Shown here piece after piece: positions 23,326 through 31,560 of a DNA stretch of 39,478 nt. Positions within the stretch are counted from its first letter, which is position 1. Each line of letters begins with the position of its first letter. Source of the DNA: an uncultured Candidatus Saccharimonadales bacterium (GTDB lineage Bacteria; Patescibacteriota; Saccharimonadia; UBA4664; DATIHN01); assembly GCA_964474165.1 (NCBI GenBank), contig CAYYRL010000001.1:13854-53331 (forward strand). The letters run 5' to 3'. The position numbers and the translations under genes were made by a program. The notes beneath the pieces are model-generated. The model saw only the letters and a list, made by a program, of their open reading frames with translations, did no database searches and was not told where the DNA came from.

Positions 23326-24459
23326 ATGTTCAGGAAACTGATCATGGCACTGGCTGTTGTGGGTATTACTGCCATGCCTTTCGCTGTTACAGCCGCTAAC
23401 GCTGTAACTATTGAGAGTACCACTCAGGTCGCTAATCAGACCGCTGGTGATACCTCTTACAAAGATAGCGTCAACGCCAAAGTCGACGACGTGGTTAAGG
23501 TCCAAGTTTGGTTCCACAACCGCGAAAACGCCGATAGTGGTAAAACCGCTAACAATCTAAACGTAAAAGTAAACATTCCAACTACTCCAGGTACGAAGCA
23601 GACTATTACCGGTACTGTTGGGGCTGCAAACTCCAACACCGTTACCGATACTGCTACTGTTAACCTATCACTGGCTAACGCTCACCTAGAGTACATCCCT
23701 GGCACCGCTTACTGGCGCCACAACGCTGGATCTAACTCCAACGTTAACTATGTCACCACCAAAATCAGCGACGCTGTCACTGGTGCTAATGGTGTCCTAG
23801 TGGGTCCTAACTTGCAGCCCTGTTTCAACTTTGAGTCGACGGTTACCGTCATGGCTCGAGTTAAAGCCAATGGTGTAAGCATCACCAAGCAAGTCCGAAA
23901 AGTTGGCGATTCAGCCTGGGTTACCCAGATGAACGCTAACCCCGGTGACACCATTCAATACATGATTACCTTCAAAAACGAAGGTAACACCGTTTTGAAC
24001 AACGTCATCGTCGGCGACAACCTGCCTCCCCACGAAACTTACGTGGCTGGCACTACCATGCTTAAGAACGGTAACAACCCCAGTGGCGTAAAGATCGCCA
24101 ACGATAACATCGCCAATGGCGGTATCAACGTTGGTAGCTACAATCCTGGTGCCGTCGGCTATGTCATGTTTAACGTCAAAATTGATGCTAACATCGACAA
24201 TGGCTGTCACAACCTGCAAAACGTGGGTATTGTTCGTCCGGAAGGGATGAACGAGTTCTTCAACACAGCCACAGTTAAAGTGTGTGTTGAAACTCCTAAG
24301 ACCCCTCCGACTGAAACTCCGACCCAACCTCTACCTCAAACGGGTGGTGAGACTGCTCTAGCTGGTGTGGCTGGCACAGGTGTACTTGGTTACGCCGTCA
24401 ACGCCTACCGCAAGAGTAAGCGCTCTGTCGTTGATGCACTTAAGAACATTAAGCGCTAA
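23326..24459 (+). CDS. Sortase-anchored (LPXTG-type) surface protein with DUF11-like repeat domain
   Basis: Strong SD AAGGAG lies 7 nt upstream of ATG 23326. Signal peptide MFRKLIMALAVVGITAMPFAVTAANA. The DUF11-like pattern is GDTIQYMITFKNEGNTVLNNVIVGDNLP. LPQTG (nt 24331-24345) is followed by a hydrophobic helix and the tail RKSKR. Confidence 0.85.
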   Translation: MFRKLIMALAVVGITAMPFAVTAANAVTIESTTQVANQTAGDTSYKDSVNAKVDDVVKVQVWFHNRENADSGKTANNLNVKVNIPTTPGTKQTITGTVGAANSNTVTDTATVNLSLANAHLEYIPGTAYWRHNAGSNSNVNYVTTKISDAVTGANGVLVGPNLQPCFNFESTVTVMARVKANGVSITKQVRKVGDSAWVTQMNANPGDTIQYMITFKNEGNTVLNNVIVGDNLPPHETYVAGTTMLKNGNNPSGVKIANDNIANGGINVGSYNPGAVGYVMFNVKIDANIDNGCHNLQNVGIVRPEGMNEFFNTATVKVCVETPKTPPTETPTQPLPQTGGETALAGVAGTGVLGYAVNAYRKSKRSVVDALKNIKR

Positions 24460-24490
24460 ACACACAAACTGAACGCTTCAGTGTGTAACA

Positions 24491-24517
24491 AAAAAGACCC
24501 TCCCGGGTCTTTTTTGT
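24491..24517. terminator. Bidirectional-looking rho-independent terminator
   Basis: aaaaagaccc-tccc-gggtctttttt. It is preceded by a second hairpin, acac-(aa)-actgaa-cgc-ttcagt-gtgt (24462-24486). Confidence 0.75.
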
Positions 24518-24534
24518 TTCCAGCTGTCTCCAGG

Positions 24535-24540
24535 TATAAT
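24535..24540 (+). promoter_or_regulatory. -10 box placed for a leaderless prfB mRNA
   Basis: TATAAT, then 6 nt (acggtt), then ATG 24547; no SD. Confidence 0.45.
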
Positions 24541-24546
24541 ACGGTT

Positions 24547-25641
24547 ATGTCAGAATCATCAGACATCTTCAAACGGGCCGAAGTGCTCCAAGGCAAAATC
24601 ACCGATGCCATGGAGCGGCTTGGCGTGTCCGCAGATGAAACCAAGCTGGCTGAGCTAGAACAAACGGCAGCTGAGCCAGACTTTTGGAGTAATTCGGCTC
24701 AGGCGACGGTTACCACTCAGGAGCTGGCTGCCCTGAAGCGTCACGTCGAAAGTTGGCAAGGACTATTAAACGAAGTTAACGATTTGGTGGAGCTGCTGCA
24801 GCTAGACGATGAATCAGGGACTGGGGAGTTAGCCGACCATTTAGGGAGACTGGAGGCTGACTACGGCGCCCGGGAGCTAGAACTGAAGCTGTCAGGTCAT
24901 TACGATAAACACTCGGCCATACTGTCGATTTTTGCTGGTACCGGCGGCACTGATGCCCAGGATTGGGCGGCCATGTTAGAGCGCATGTATCTAAGGTACT
25001 GTGAGCGAGCCGGCTTTAATACCGAAATCCTCGATCGCTCAGCCGGCGAAGAAGCCGGTATCAAAAGCGTAACTATTGAAGTTAATGGTCCGTTTGCCTT
25101 CGGCTATTTACAGAGCGAGAAGGGTGTTCACCGGCTGGTGCGCCTCAGCCCGTTTAACGCCGATAACCTGCGCCAAACTTCCTTTGCCCTAGTAGATGTG
25201 ATTCCGCAAATTGATTTGCCGGCAGCGGTGGAAATTGACCCCAAAGACCTGCGAATCGATGTTTTTCGTAGCGGTGGCCACGGTGGCCAAAGCGTTAATA
25301 CTACGGATTCAGCAGTGCGTCTGACTCACATCCCAACAGGCACGGTAGTTAGCATCCAAAATGAGCGCTCGCAGCTGCAGAACAAAGACAAGGCTATGGC
25401 GGTGCTGCGCTCACGACTAGCGCTATTAATGGCCGAGCAGCACCAAGAGCAGCTATCTGAGATTAGGGGACAGGTTAGCAGTCCCGACTGGGGCCAGCAG
25501 ATCCGGTCCTACGTCTTGCACCCTTATACTAAGGTCAAGGATCACCGCACCAAGGCTGAAACTAGCGACACCCAGGCCGTCTTGGACGGTAAGCTGGATC
25601 AATTTATTGAGGCCTATTTAACCAGCCAGGTTGGCAAATAA
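24547..25641 (+). CDS. prfB: Peptide chain release factor 2 (single uninterrupted frame)
   Basis: SPF tripeptide (RLSPFNA) and GGQ (SGGHGGQSVNTTDSAVR). The track ORF from 24481 would run through the upstream terminator, so ATG 24547 is preferred. Confidence 0.92.
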   Translation: MSESSDIFKRAEVLQGKITDAMERLGVSADETKLAELEQTAAEPDFWSNSAQATVTTQELAALKRHVESWQGLLNEVNDLVELLQLDDESGTGELADHLGRLEADYGARELELKLSGHYDKHSAILSIFAGTGGTDAQDWAAMLERMYLRYCERAGFNTEILDRSAGEEAGIKSVTIEVNGPFAFGYLQSEKGVHRLVRLSPFNADNLRQTSFALVDVIPQIDLPAAVEIDPKDLRIDVFRSGGHGGQSVNTTDSAVRLTHIPTGTVVSIQNERSQLQNKDKAMAVLRSRLALLMAEQHQEQLSEIRGQVSSPDWGQQIRSYVLHPYTKVKDHRTKAETSDTQAVLDGKLDQFIEAYLTSQVGK

Positions 25642-25657
25642 TCTTATCCTAGAGCTA

Positions 25658-25666
25658 TGGTAAAAT
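25658..25666 (+). promoter_or_regulatory. Extended -10 box 7 nt upstream of the ftsE GTG start
   Basis: TGgTAAAAT embedded in the palindrome gctat-ggtaaa-atagc. GTG 25674 lies 7 nt downstream; no SD. Confidence 0.4.
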
Positions 25667-25673
25667 AGCTGGC

Positions 25674-26354
25674 GTGATACTGCTTGATCGCGTGACCAAA
25701 ATTTACCCTAATAAATCGGTGGCTCTATCGGGGTTAAACTTACACATTCAGCCCAAGGAATTTGTGACTATCGTCGGCTCCAGCGGGGCTGGCAAGTCGA
25801 CCCTGATTAAGTTATTAATTCGCGAAGAGGAGCAAAGCTCCGGCAAGATCATTGTGGGTGGAGTTGATTATGACACCATCCCGGACCGCAACATCCCACA
25901 TTTGCGCCGGCGGATCGGAGTGGTCTTCCAGGATTTCAAACTGCTGCCAGCCCGCAACGTTAATGAGAACGTCGCCTTTGCCCTAGAAGTTGGCGGTGTT
26001 CGTAGCCGCGAGATTAAGCGGGCCGTGCCTAAGGTGCTGCAGCTAGTGGGCCTGACCACCAAACGCAACAACTTTCCCGATGAATTGTCAGGCGGGGAGC
26101 GCCAGCGGGTGGCCATTGCCCGGGCCTTGGTGCGTCAGCCCAAGATCCTGATTGCTGATGAGCCAACTGGAAACCTCGACCCCAAAACTGCCTGGGAAAT
26201 TATTGAGTTATTAATAAAGATCAATAAATTTGGTACCACGGTGCTGCTGACTACTCACAACAAGGAGATTGTTAATGCCCTCAAACGCCGGGTTATCACC
26301 ATCAATCGGGGCCGCATCGTGAAGGACGAAGAGCAAGGTCGTTACGCCGTATGA
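25674..26354 (+). CDS. ftsE: Cell-division ABC transporter ATPase FtsE
   Basis: Walker A GSSGAGKST, ABC signature LSGGERQRVAIARAL and Walker B ILIADEPTGNLD. The N-terminus MILLDRVTKIY aligns with FtsE starts. Confidence 0.92.
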   Translation: MILLDRVTKIYPNKSVALSGLNLHIQPKEFVTIVGSSGAGKSTLIKLLIREEEQSSGKIIVGGVDYDTIPDRNIPHLRRRIGVVFQDFKLLPARNVNENVAFALEVGGVRSREIKRAVPKVLQLVGLTTKRNNFPDELSGGERQRVAIARALVRQPKILIADEPTGNLDPKTAWEIIELLIKINKFGTTVLLTTHNKEIVNALKRRVITINRGRIVKDEEQGRYAV

Positions 26355-27265
26355 TTACGTTTTGGCGGATTTTTCTGGCCGGTCTCCGCAATTTCCTACG
26401 TAATACTTGGCTCAGCGCGGCAGCTACGGCGGTGATGATGGTGACGCTAGTACTAATGACTTGTTCCTATATTTCGAACTCAGCCCTATCATCGACCATC
26501 AAGACGGTGACCGATAAAATCGATGTCTCGGTGTATCTGTCATCGACAATTACCCAAAAGCAAATTGACGATTTCAAGCAAGAGCTACTAGCCAGCCCCA
26601 ACGTGATAGCCGTCAAATATGTCAGCAAGAAAGATGCAGTGGCGGCCTACCGGGAACAAAATAAGACTAATCCGCAACTACTTGAGGCTTTGGATGTGGC
26701 GGGCGATGCTTTGCCGGCTAGTTTGCAGATTAAGGCCAAAGACCCTAGACATTTGGATCAAATTGCGGCCATCGTGGATAAACCGCATAACCACGATCTG
26801 CAGGACCCCCAAGCGCCGCCGAGCTATTCTGGTAATCGCAGAGTCACGATTGATCGCATCGTACACTTCAGTAATTTTTTTCAGCGTACCAGCTTAGTTG
26901 CCAGCGTCATTTTTATCGTTATCTCGATTTTGATCATCTTTAATACTATTCGCATGGCTATCTTCACTCGCCGTGAAGAAATTGAAATTATGAAGCTGGT
27001 GGGTGCTACCAACTGGTTTATTCGCGGACCGTTTCTAGTCGAAGCCAGTTTGTACGGCGTTATCGCGGCCGTTTTTGCGTTGGTATTTTGTTACGGGTTA
27101 TTACTGAGCGGAGCAGATAAGCTTGGCAATTACATTGATATTTCATCGACTGTCCAAATTTTCCGGCATTATCCTATAGTAGTCGTAATGGCCGAAGTGG
27201 CGGCTGGGATCTTGATTGGTTGTACCTCAAGTCTACTAGCCACCATGCGCTATCTAAAGCTGTAG
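26351..27265 (+). CDS. ftsX: Cell-division ABC transporter permease-like protein FtsX
   Basis: TM1, a large extracytoplasmic loop, then three C-terminal TM helices. ATGA overlap with ftsE. Confidence 0.88.
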   Translation: MITFWRIFLAGLRNFLRNTWLSAAATAVMMVTLVLMTCSYISNSALSSTIKTVTDKIDVSVYLSSTITQKQIDDFKQELLASPNVIAVKYVSKKDAVAAYREQNKTNPQLLEALDVAGDALPASLQIKAKDPRHLDQIAAIVDKPHNHDLQDPQAPPSYSGNRRVTIDRIVHFSNFFQRTSLVASVIFIVISILIIFNTIRMAIFTRREEIEIMKLVGATNWFIRGPFLVEASLYGVIAAVFALVFCYGLLLSGADKLGNYIDISSTVQIFRHYPIVVVMAEVAAGILIGCTSSLLATMRYLKL

Positions 27266-27270
27266 CGGTT

Positions 27271-27299
27271 TGACGAAAAAGGGGGAAGCAGTTACAATT
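27271..27299 (+). promoter_or_regulatory. Candidate promoter of the coiled-coil/CHAP hydrolase gene
   Basis: TTGACG (27271-27276), a 17-nt spacer, then TACAAT (27294-27299). SD GGAGGG (27310-27315) lies 6 nt before TTG 27322. Confidence 0.5.
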
Positions 27300-27321
27300 G
27301 TTATGCTATGGAGGGTAGTTC

Positions 27322-28452
27322 TTGATCCGCCTCGCCAGTACTAATCTTATCCGCCGCGCCATTCTAGTAGGTGCGGCCATCTGCTTTTTAGGAAGTGCTA
27401 GCTCCGTTGGAGCCGTTAGTTTGGCGGCCCAAATAGCGGCTCTTAAGGCACAGTCGGCGCAGCAACAAGCCCAGGCCGCCCAGCTCCAGGGCGTTGCCAA
27501 CAATTATCAGGCCAAGGTCAATCAGCTCCAAGCTCAGATGGCAGCATTAGCTACCCAAATCTCTCTCAACCAGCTACAGTACGACCAGCTAAGTGGTCAA
27601 ATTGAGACCAACAAGGAAAAGTTAGCTGACGCTAAATCAGCTCTGGGTGCTAATTTAACTACCATGTATATAGCCAGCAATGAAACACCGCTGGAAATGC
27701 TGGCATCTAGTAAATCACTGGGTGAATATTTTGATCAGCAGCAGTACCGAGATAGCATCAAGGATAAGATTCAGTCCACGATGTCGACCATATTGGAGCT
27801 GCAGGAGAAGCTAGCCGGGCAGCAGAAACAAGTAGGCGCCTTGCTGGCCAGCGAACATGATCAGCAGTCGCAGTTAGCCAGTAGCCGGGCGCAGGTTAAT
27901 GCTTTGCTCGCCGCCGCCAGTCAAAGTGCTGGAGCGGCTAACTCGCTATTGAAATCAACCAACAGTCTACTAGCGCAGAAACAGGCTCAGCAGGCCGCGT
28001 TATTGCAAGCTTCGTCCCGGACTTACACTGGCTCCATCCCGGGAGCTTCAGGTGGTAGTGGCGGTGCCTGTGCCAATCCCGGCGATGGTCGGAATGGTGG
28101 TTATCCGTCATTATGGTGCAATGCTGCTCAAGACAGTATTCAAACACCCTCTGGGTACAACCGCGAATGTGTGTCCTGGGCCGGCTGGCGCTGGCATCAA
28201 ATGGGCGGCCCCTTCGTCAACTGGGGCAACGCTAATACCTGGGATAACTATGCCCGGGCCGCCGGGTATAGTGTTAGCTTTAGCCCGTCCGTGGGAGCTG
28301 TCGCCCAAACTGATAGAGGCCCGTTTGGCCACGTGGCCATGGTGGAGCAAGTTAGCGGCAGTAATGTAGTGGTTAGTGAAATGAACTATGATAACGCCGG
28401 TCACTTCCGCTACGGTGTCTATCCAAGCTCATACTTTGTCTATATTCATTAG
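27322..28452 (+). CDS. Secreted coiled-coil protein with C-terminal CHAP peptidoglycan hydrolase domain (PcsB-like architecture)
   Basis: Signal/anchor segment, then ~220 aa of Q/A/L-rich heptad-like sequence. The C-terminal CHAP pattern is NRECVSWAGWRW...GHVAMVEQV...EMNY. TTG start. Confidence 0.8.
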   Translation: MIRLASTNLIRRAILVGAAICFLGSASSVGAVSLAAQIAALKAQSAQQQAQAAQLQGVANNYQAKVNQLQAQMAALATQISLNQLQYDQLSGQIETNKEKLADAKSALGANLTTMYIASNETPLEMLASSKSLGEYFDQQQYRDSIKDKIQSTMSTILELQEKLAGQQKQVGALLASEHDQQSQLASSRAQVNALLAAASQSAGAANSLLKSTNSLLAQKQAQQAALLQASSRTYTGSIPGASGGSGGACANPGDGRNGGYPSLWCNAAQDSIQTPSGYNRECVSWAGWRWHQMGGPFVNWGNANTWDNYARAAGYSVSFSPSVGAVAQTDRGPFGHVAMVEQVSGSNVVVSEMNYDNAGHFRYGVYPSSYFVYIH

Positions 28453-28477
28453 CCTAAGCCAGGCTTAAGCCTAGGCG

Positions 28478-28486
28478 TGATATGAT
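28478..28486 (+). promoter_or_regulatory. Extended -10 box upstream of ctpA
   Basis: TGaTATGAT. TTG 28508 lies 21 nt downstream, and the in-frame stop at 28499 excludes earlier starts. Confidence 0.35.
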
Positions 28487-28507
28487 GACTGCAGCGAGTA
28501 ATTAAAT

Positions 28508-29674
28508 TTGAACAAACGTTTTCAGCTCAACATCGCCCAACTGGCCGCCATCGTGGTGGTCTGTTTGTTAGCCGGCTTTAGTGTTAACCAGCGTTTTCCG
28601 GGCTTGGTCGATTTTGGTCGGCCGGCAACCCGGCAACCTGATTTTAGTAGCCTAAATTCGCTTTATGACAAACTGGGCGCAAAATTTGACGGCCACCTGG
28701 ATGCCACCAAAGCCTTAGAGGGCGCCAAGGCTGGTATGGTCGCCGCCAGCGGGGATCCTTACACTGTTTATCTGTCGGCTAAAGAGGCCAAAGAACTAGA
28801 CGACAGTCTCAATGGAACTTTGTCAGGTATTGGGATTGAAGTTGGTATCAAGAATAATCGCCTGACGGTAATTGCGCCGGTAGCTGACACGCCAGCGGCC
28901 AAGGCCGGCCTCAAAGCCGGTGACGTGATTGCAAAGATTGACGACACCGATTCTTCGACACTGAGTTTGGATCAAGCTGTCGCCAAGATTCGCGGGCCCA
29001 AAGGCACTCAGGTGAAGCTGATATTAGTTCGCGGCTCCAGTCAGCCTCAGCTGCTGACAATTACCCGTGATCAAATCACCGTGCCAAGCGTTAAATTAGA
29101 AATGAAGTCAGGTAATGTGGGCTACGTTAATATCAGCGAGTTTGGTACGGACACCGCTACTGGCTTCGATAAAGTGGCCAAACAGATGCAAGCAGCGGGG
29201 ATCAAAAAGGTGATTTTGGACCTGCGTGATAATCCTGGTGGCTACCTCGATGCCGCCGTCAATGTGGCCAGTCATTTCTTGCCCAAGGATGCTACCGTGG
29301 TCCAGCAGCGACGGGGCAGCACCATTATCGATACCGAGAAATCAACCGGCGGCGAGCTCCAAGATGCCAAGGTTGTGGTCTTAATTAACGGCGGCAGTGC
29401 TTCAGCCAGCGAGATTCTAGCCGGTGCCTTGGCCGACAATCACCGAGCCACCCTAATTGGCACCACCAGCTTTGGCAAGGGTAGTGTCCAGAGTATCGTG
29501 CCTCTAAACGGGGGTAGTCAGCTAAAGGTGACAGTGGCGCATTGGTACACGCCCAGCGGTCGCAATATTACCAAAGAAGGCATTAAACCGACCAAAGCGG
29601 TGAAGCTGAGCAATGAAGATTCTGATGCTGGCCGCGATCCACAGCTCGATGCCGCCATCAAAGAACTGCAGTAA
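28508..29674 (+). CDS. ctpA: Carboxy-terminal processing (S41) serine protease with PDZ domain
   Basis: N-terminal TM anchor, PDZ domain (GIGIEVG...AGLKAGDVI), and the S41 motifs ILDLRDNPGG and GGSASASEILAGAL. Confidence 0.88.
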   Translation: MNKRFQLNIAQLAAIVVVCLLAGFSVNQRFPGLVDFGRPATRQPDFSSLNSLYDKLGAKFDGHLDATKALEGAKAGMVAASGDPYTVYLSAKEAKELDDSLNGTLSGIGIEVGIKNNRLTVIAPVADTPAAKAGLKAGDVIAKIDDTDSSTLSLDQAVAKIRGPKGTQVKLILVRGSSQPQLLTITRDQITVPSVKLEMKSGNVGYVNISEFGTDTATGFDKVAKQMQAAGIKKVILDLRDNPGGYLDAAVNVASHFLPKDATVVQQRRGSTIIDTEKSTGGELQDAKVVVLINGGSASASEILAGALADNHRATLIGTTSFGKGSVQSIVPLNGGSQLKVTVAHWYTPSGRNITKEGIKPTKAVKLSNEDSDAGRDPQLDAAIKELQ

Positions 29675-29688
29675 ACCCTAAAAACTTA

Positions 29689-29697
29689 TGCTATGCT
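29689..29697 (+). promoter_or_regulatory. Extended -10 box placed for a leaderless REC-protein mRNA
   Basis: TGcTATGCT, then 7 nt, then ATG 29705. ATG 29693 lies inside the box itself. Confidence 0.4.
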
Positions 29698-29704
29698 TAG
29701 TCCC

Positions 29705-30130
29705 ATGAGCGACCCCATTAAACCGAGAATTTTATTAGTTGAGGATGACGAAGCTTTAGCCAAGGTTTATCTAACGCGCCTGGAAACTGAAGGTTTTGAA
29801 GTCTCGCATTGTTCGAATGGTGAAACTGCGCTTAGCCAGGCTCTATCTTTCAAACCGGATCTAATCTTGCTCGACGTTATGATGCCAAAGATTAGCGGCT
29901 TTGACGTTCTAGATATTTTGCGTAACACTCCCGGTACCGCCAAAACTAAGATTGTTATTTTGACAGCTCTGTCTCAGCCCTCGGATTTGGATAAGGCCAA
30001 AAGTTTGGGGGCAGACGAGTACTTGGTAAAATCCCAGGTTGTGATTGCAGATGTTATCGCCACTATCCGCTCGTCCTTGGGCTTGCCCCAGGCGGGACCA
30101 GCCGCTCCGCCCCGGCCGCCCATAGCCTAA
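29705..30130 (+). CDS. Stand-alone response-regulator receiver (CheY-like) with Pro-rich tail
   Basis: The motifs ILLVEDD, LILLDVMMP and KIVILTA...EYLVK are present. There is no output domain. The C-terminus is PQAGPAAPPRPPIA. Confidence 0.85.
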   Translation: MSDPIKPRILLVEDDEALAKVYLTRLETEGFEVSHCSNGETALSQALSFKPDLILLDVMMPKISGFDVLDILRNTPGTAKTKIVILTALSQPSDLDKAKSLGADEYLVKSQVVIADVIATIRSSLGLPQAGPAAPPRPPIA

Positions 30131-30403
30131 TTATTCGACGCCGACGATGGTCTTTATCTGACCGCTGCCAGTGAAGCGGCGATCCCGGCGATGACTAAAC
30201 TTGACTGCTCCATCGCGGGTTGCATAAATTGTATGATCACGGCCAACCTTGGCGCCGCTGCCGGCTGTCATCGCCGTACCGCGCTGACGCACTAAAATCG
30301 AGCCAGCTAAAACTTGCTGGCCGCCACTGCGCTTAACGCCGAGGCGTTGCCCGGCGCTATCGCGTCCTAATTTAGTTGATCCACCGGCTTTTGTGTGGGC
30401 CAT
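30131..30403 (-). CDS. rpmA: 50S ribosomal protein L27 (bL27)
   Basis: [24 protein letters not shown] is the conserved bL27 N-terminus. Its stop codon directly abuts the convergent REC gene stop (taa|tta). Confidence 0.95.
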   Translation of the reverse strand: MAHTKAGGSTKLGRDSAGQRLGVKRSGGQQVLAGSILVRQRGTAMTAGSGAKVGRDHTIYATRDGAVKFSHRRDRRFTGSGQIKTIVGVE

Positions 30404-31512
30404 GATCTCTTCATTACTAATATTAAGCGTCCAACGGTCTGGCCTGGCCGCTGATAAATCAACGGATAGGGGGCGTGAACAAACTGCCTTGTAGTATAGC
30501 CTAATCTGGAGATTTGGTCAACAACTCCAGGCAGACGCTGGCCAGCTTGCCAGGCGGGCAAACATAGCACCACCGGCAGCTCCGCTGGTGTGCTAGTGGC
30601 CAGGTGTTTTAAAAAACGGGTAGTTAGCTGCGAGATTTCAGCGTCGGCATCATCTAGCTGCTTTGTGCTCGGGGAGCCGGAGAAAGCTGGTCCGAGGTAG
30701 CCTTCGCTGACAATTGTGGTCACGTCTGGCGGCATGGCCACATTAGTAGCATTGGCTTGGACCACCTGCCATTCGGGTAATTGTTTAGATTGTCCAGATA
30801 ACCACTGCATATTGTCCTGGGCGGCTCTGACCATCTTGGCATCAATATCACTACCTAGTATTGGTCGACCCATAAGTCTAGCTTCCTGCAGAACCACACC
30901 AGTTCCGCAAAAGGGGTCATAAACTAGACCCTGGCTGGTGCCACTGAGATTAATCAAAATCTGGGCCAGTTTGGGCGGCAGCATGCCAACCCGAGCATCG
31001 CGGCTGGGCCGGCCGTAATCACGCTGCGAGTAGGCATCGACATCCTGGTAGCTGGTAGTGACGGCTGCGATAGTGCGATCCTTGGTGGCCAAGATGATCA
31101 GTTCCGGATTGCTGGTATCTAGATGGTTAAACTTCAGCTGGGCAGCCGTCAGGGCTAGGCTCGGGCGTTTGGGTAAAACCAAACGGACCGATCGACTAGT
31201 CCGGAGGCGTTTTTTTAGCTCCATGCCCAGGCGTATGGGATCAGCTGGTGTAAATTTACCGTAGAGACTAAGGCCCAGGTTCAGTTTTTCTGATCCACCT
31301 GGCAGCTGAAGAGCGATGGCTTCTAGATCAAGATTTGGATCATCATAAACCACCTGGGCCAGCTTGATCACCCCGCCCAATTTGGCTAAATCTGGTTTAA
31401 CTGCCAACAGGGCGTGGGAGTCGATGGGAGTGATGGCATCAGCACCGGTAACTGCCTCCAGCTCAGCTAGACTGAGAATTGACTGCCGGCCGAGAATTGC
31501 CAGATATGACAT
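30367..31512 (-). CDS. SAM-dependent RNA methyltransferase-like protein (UPF0020/THUMP-associated type)
   Basis: Motif I is [19 protein letters not shown]...GSDID. ATG 31512 is preferred because TGcTACAAT lies 6 nt upstream. The 3' end overlaps the rpmA start by 37 nt. Confidence 0.6.
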   Translation of the reverse strand: MSYLAILGRQSILSLAELEAVTGADAITPIDSHALLAVKPDLAKLGGVIKLAQVVYDDPNLDLEAIALQLPGGSEKLNLGLSLYGKFTPADPIRLGMELKKRLRTSRSVRLVLPKRPSLALTAAQLKFNHLDTSNPELIILATKDRTIAAVTTSYQDVDAYSQRDYGRPSRDARVGMLPPKLAQILINLSGTSQGLVYDPFCGTGVVLQEARLMGRPILGSDIDAKMVRAAQDNMQWLSGQSKQLPEWQVVQANATNVAMPPDVTTIVSEGYLGPAFSGSPSTKQLDDADAEISQLTTRFLKHLATSTPAELPVVLCLPAWQAGQRLPGVVDQISRLGYTTRQFVHAPYPLIYQRPGQTVGRLILVMKRSWPTQKPVDQLN

Positions 31513-31518
31513 GAGCTC

Positions 31519-31527
31519 ATTGTAGCA
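31519..31527 (-). promoter_or_regulatory. Extended -10 box placed for a leaderless methyltransferase mRNA (minus strand)
   Basis: The minus strand reads TGcTACAAT, then 6 nt (gagctc), then ATG (31512). Confidence 0.45.
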
Positions 31528-31544
31528 TCCACACAAGATGCTTC

Positions 31545-31553
31545 TGGTATAAT
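31545..31553 (+). promoter_or_regulatory. Extended -10 box placed for a leaderless UPF0104 mRNA (plus strand)
   Basis: TGgTATAAT, then 7 nt, then ATG 31561. It is back-to-back with the minus-strand box in a 48-bp divergent spacer. Confidence 0.45.
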
Positions 31554-31560
31554 CATGATC

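Noticed and set aside
23311-23328. aagaaggagatata + ATG, a 14-nt identity to the phage T7 gene 10 / pET-vector ribosome-binding site (possible vector contamination)
   Set aside because: - The identity is confined to the SD and spacer.
- The flanks do not match the vector leader.
- The downstream gene is a native-looking signal-peptide protein.
- The simplest explanation is a strong natural SD.
24481-24546. 22-codon N-terminal extension of prfB (the ORF-track start at 24481)
   Set aside because: - It would require translation through the intrinsic terminator hairpin (24491-24517).
- It starts at a non-ATG codon with no SD.
- RF2 homology begins at ATG 24547.
28453-28477. gcctaagccaggcttaagcctaggc, a palindrome-rich segment after the CHAP gene (possible terminator)
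   Set aside because: - It offers several mutually exclusive short pairings (gcct/aggc, aagcc/ggctt, and the 12-nt palindrome aggcttaagcct).
- The loops are very small and there is no T-tract.
- I cannot call a terminator with confidence.
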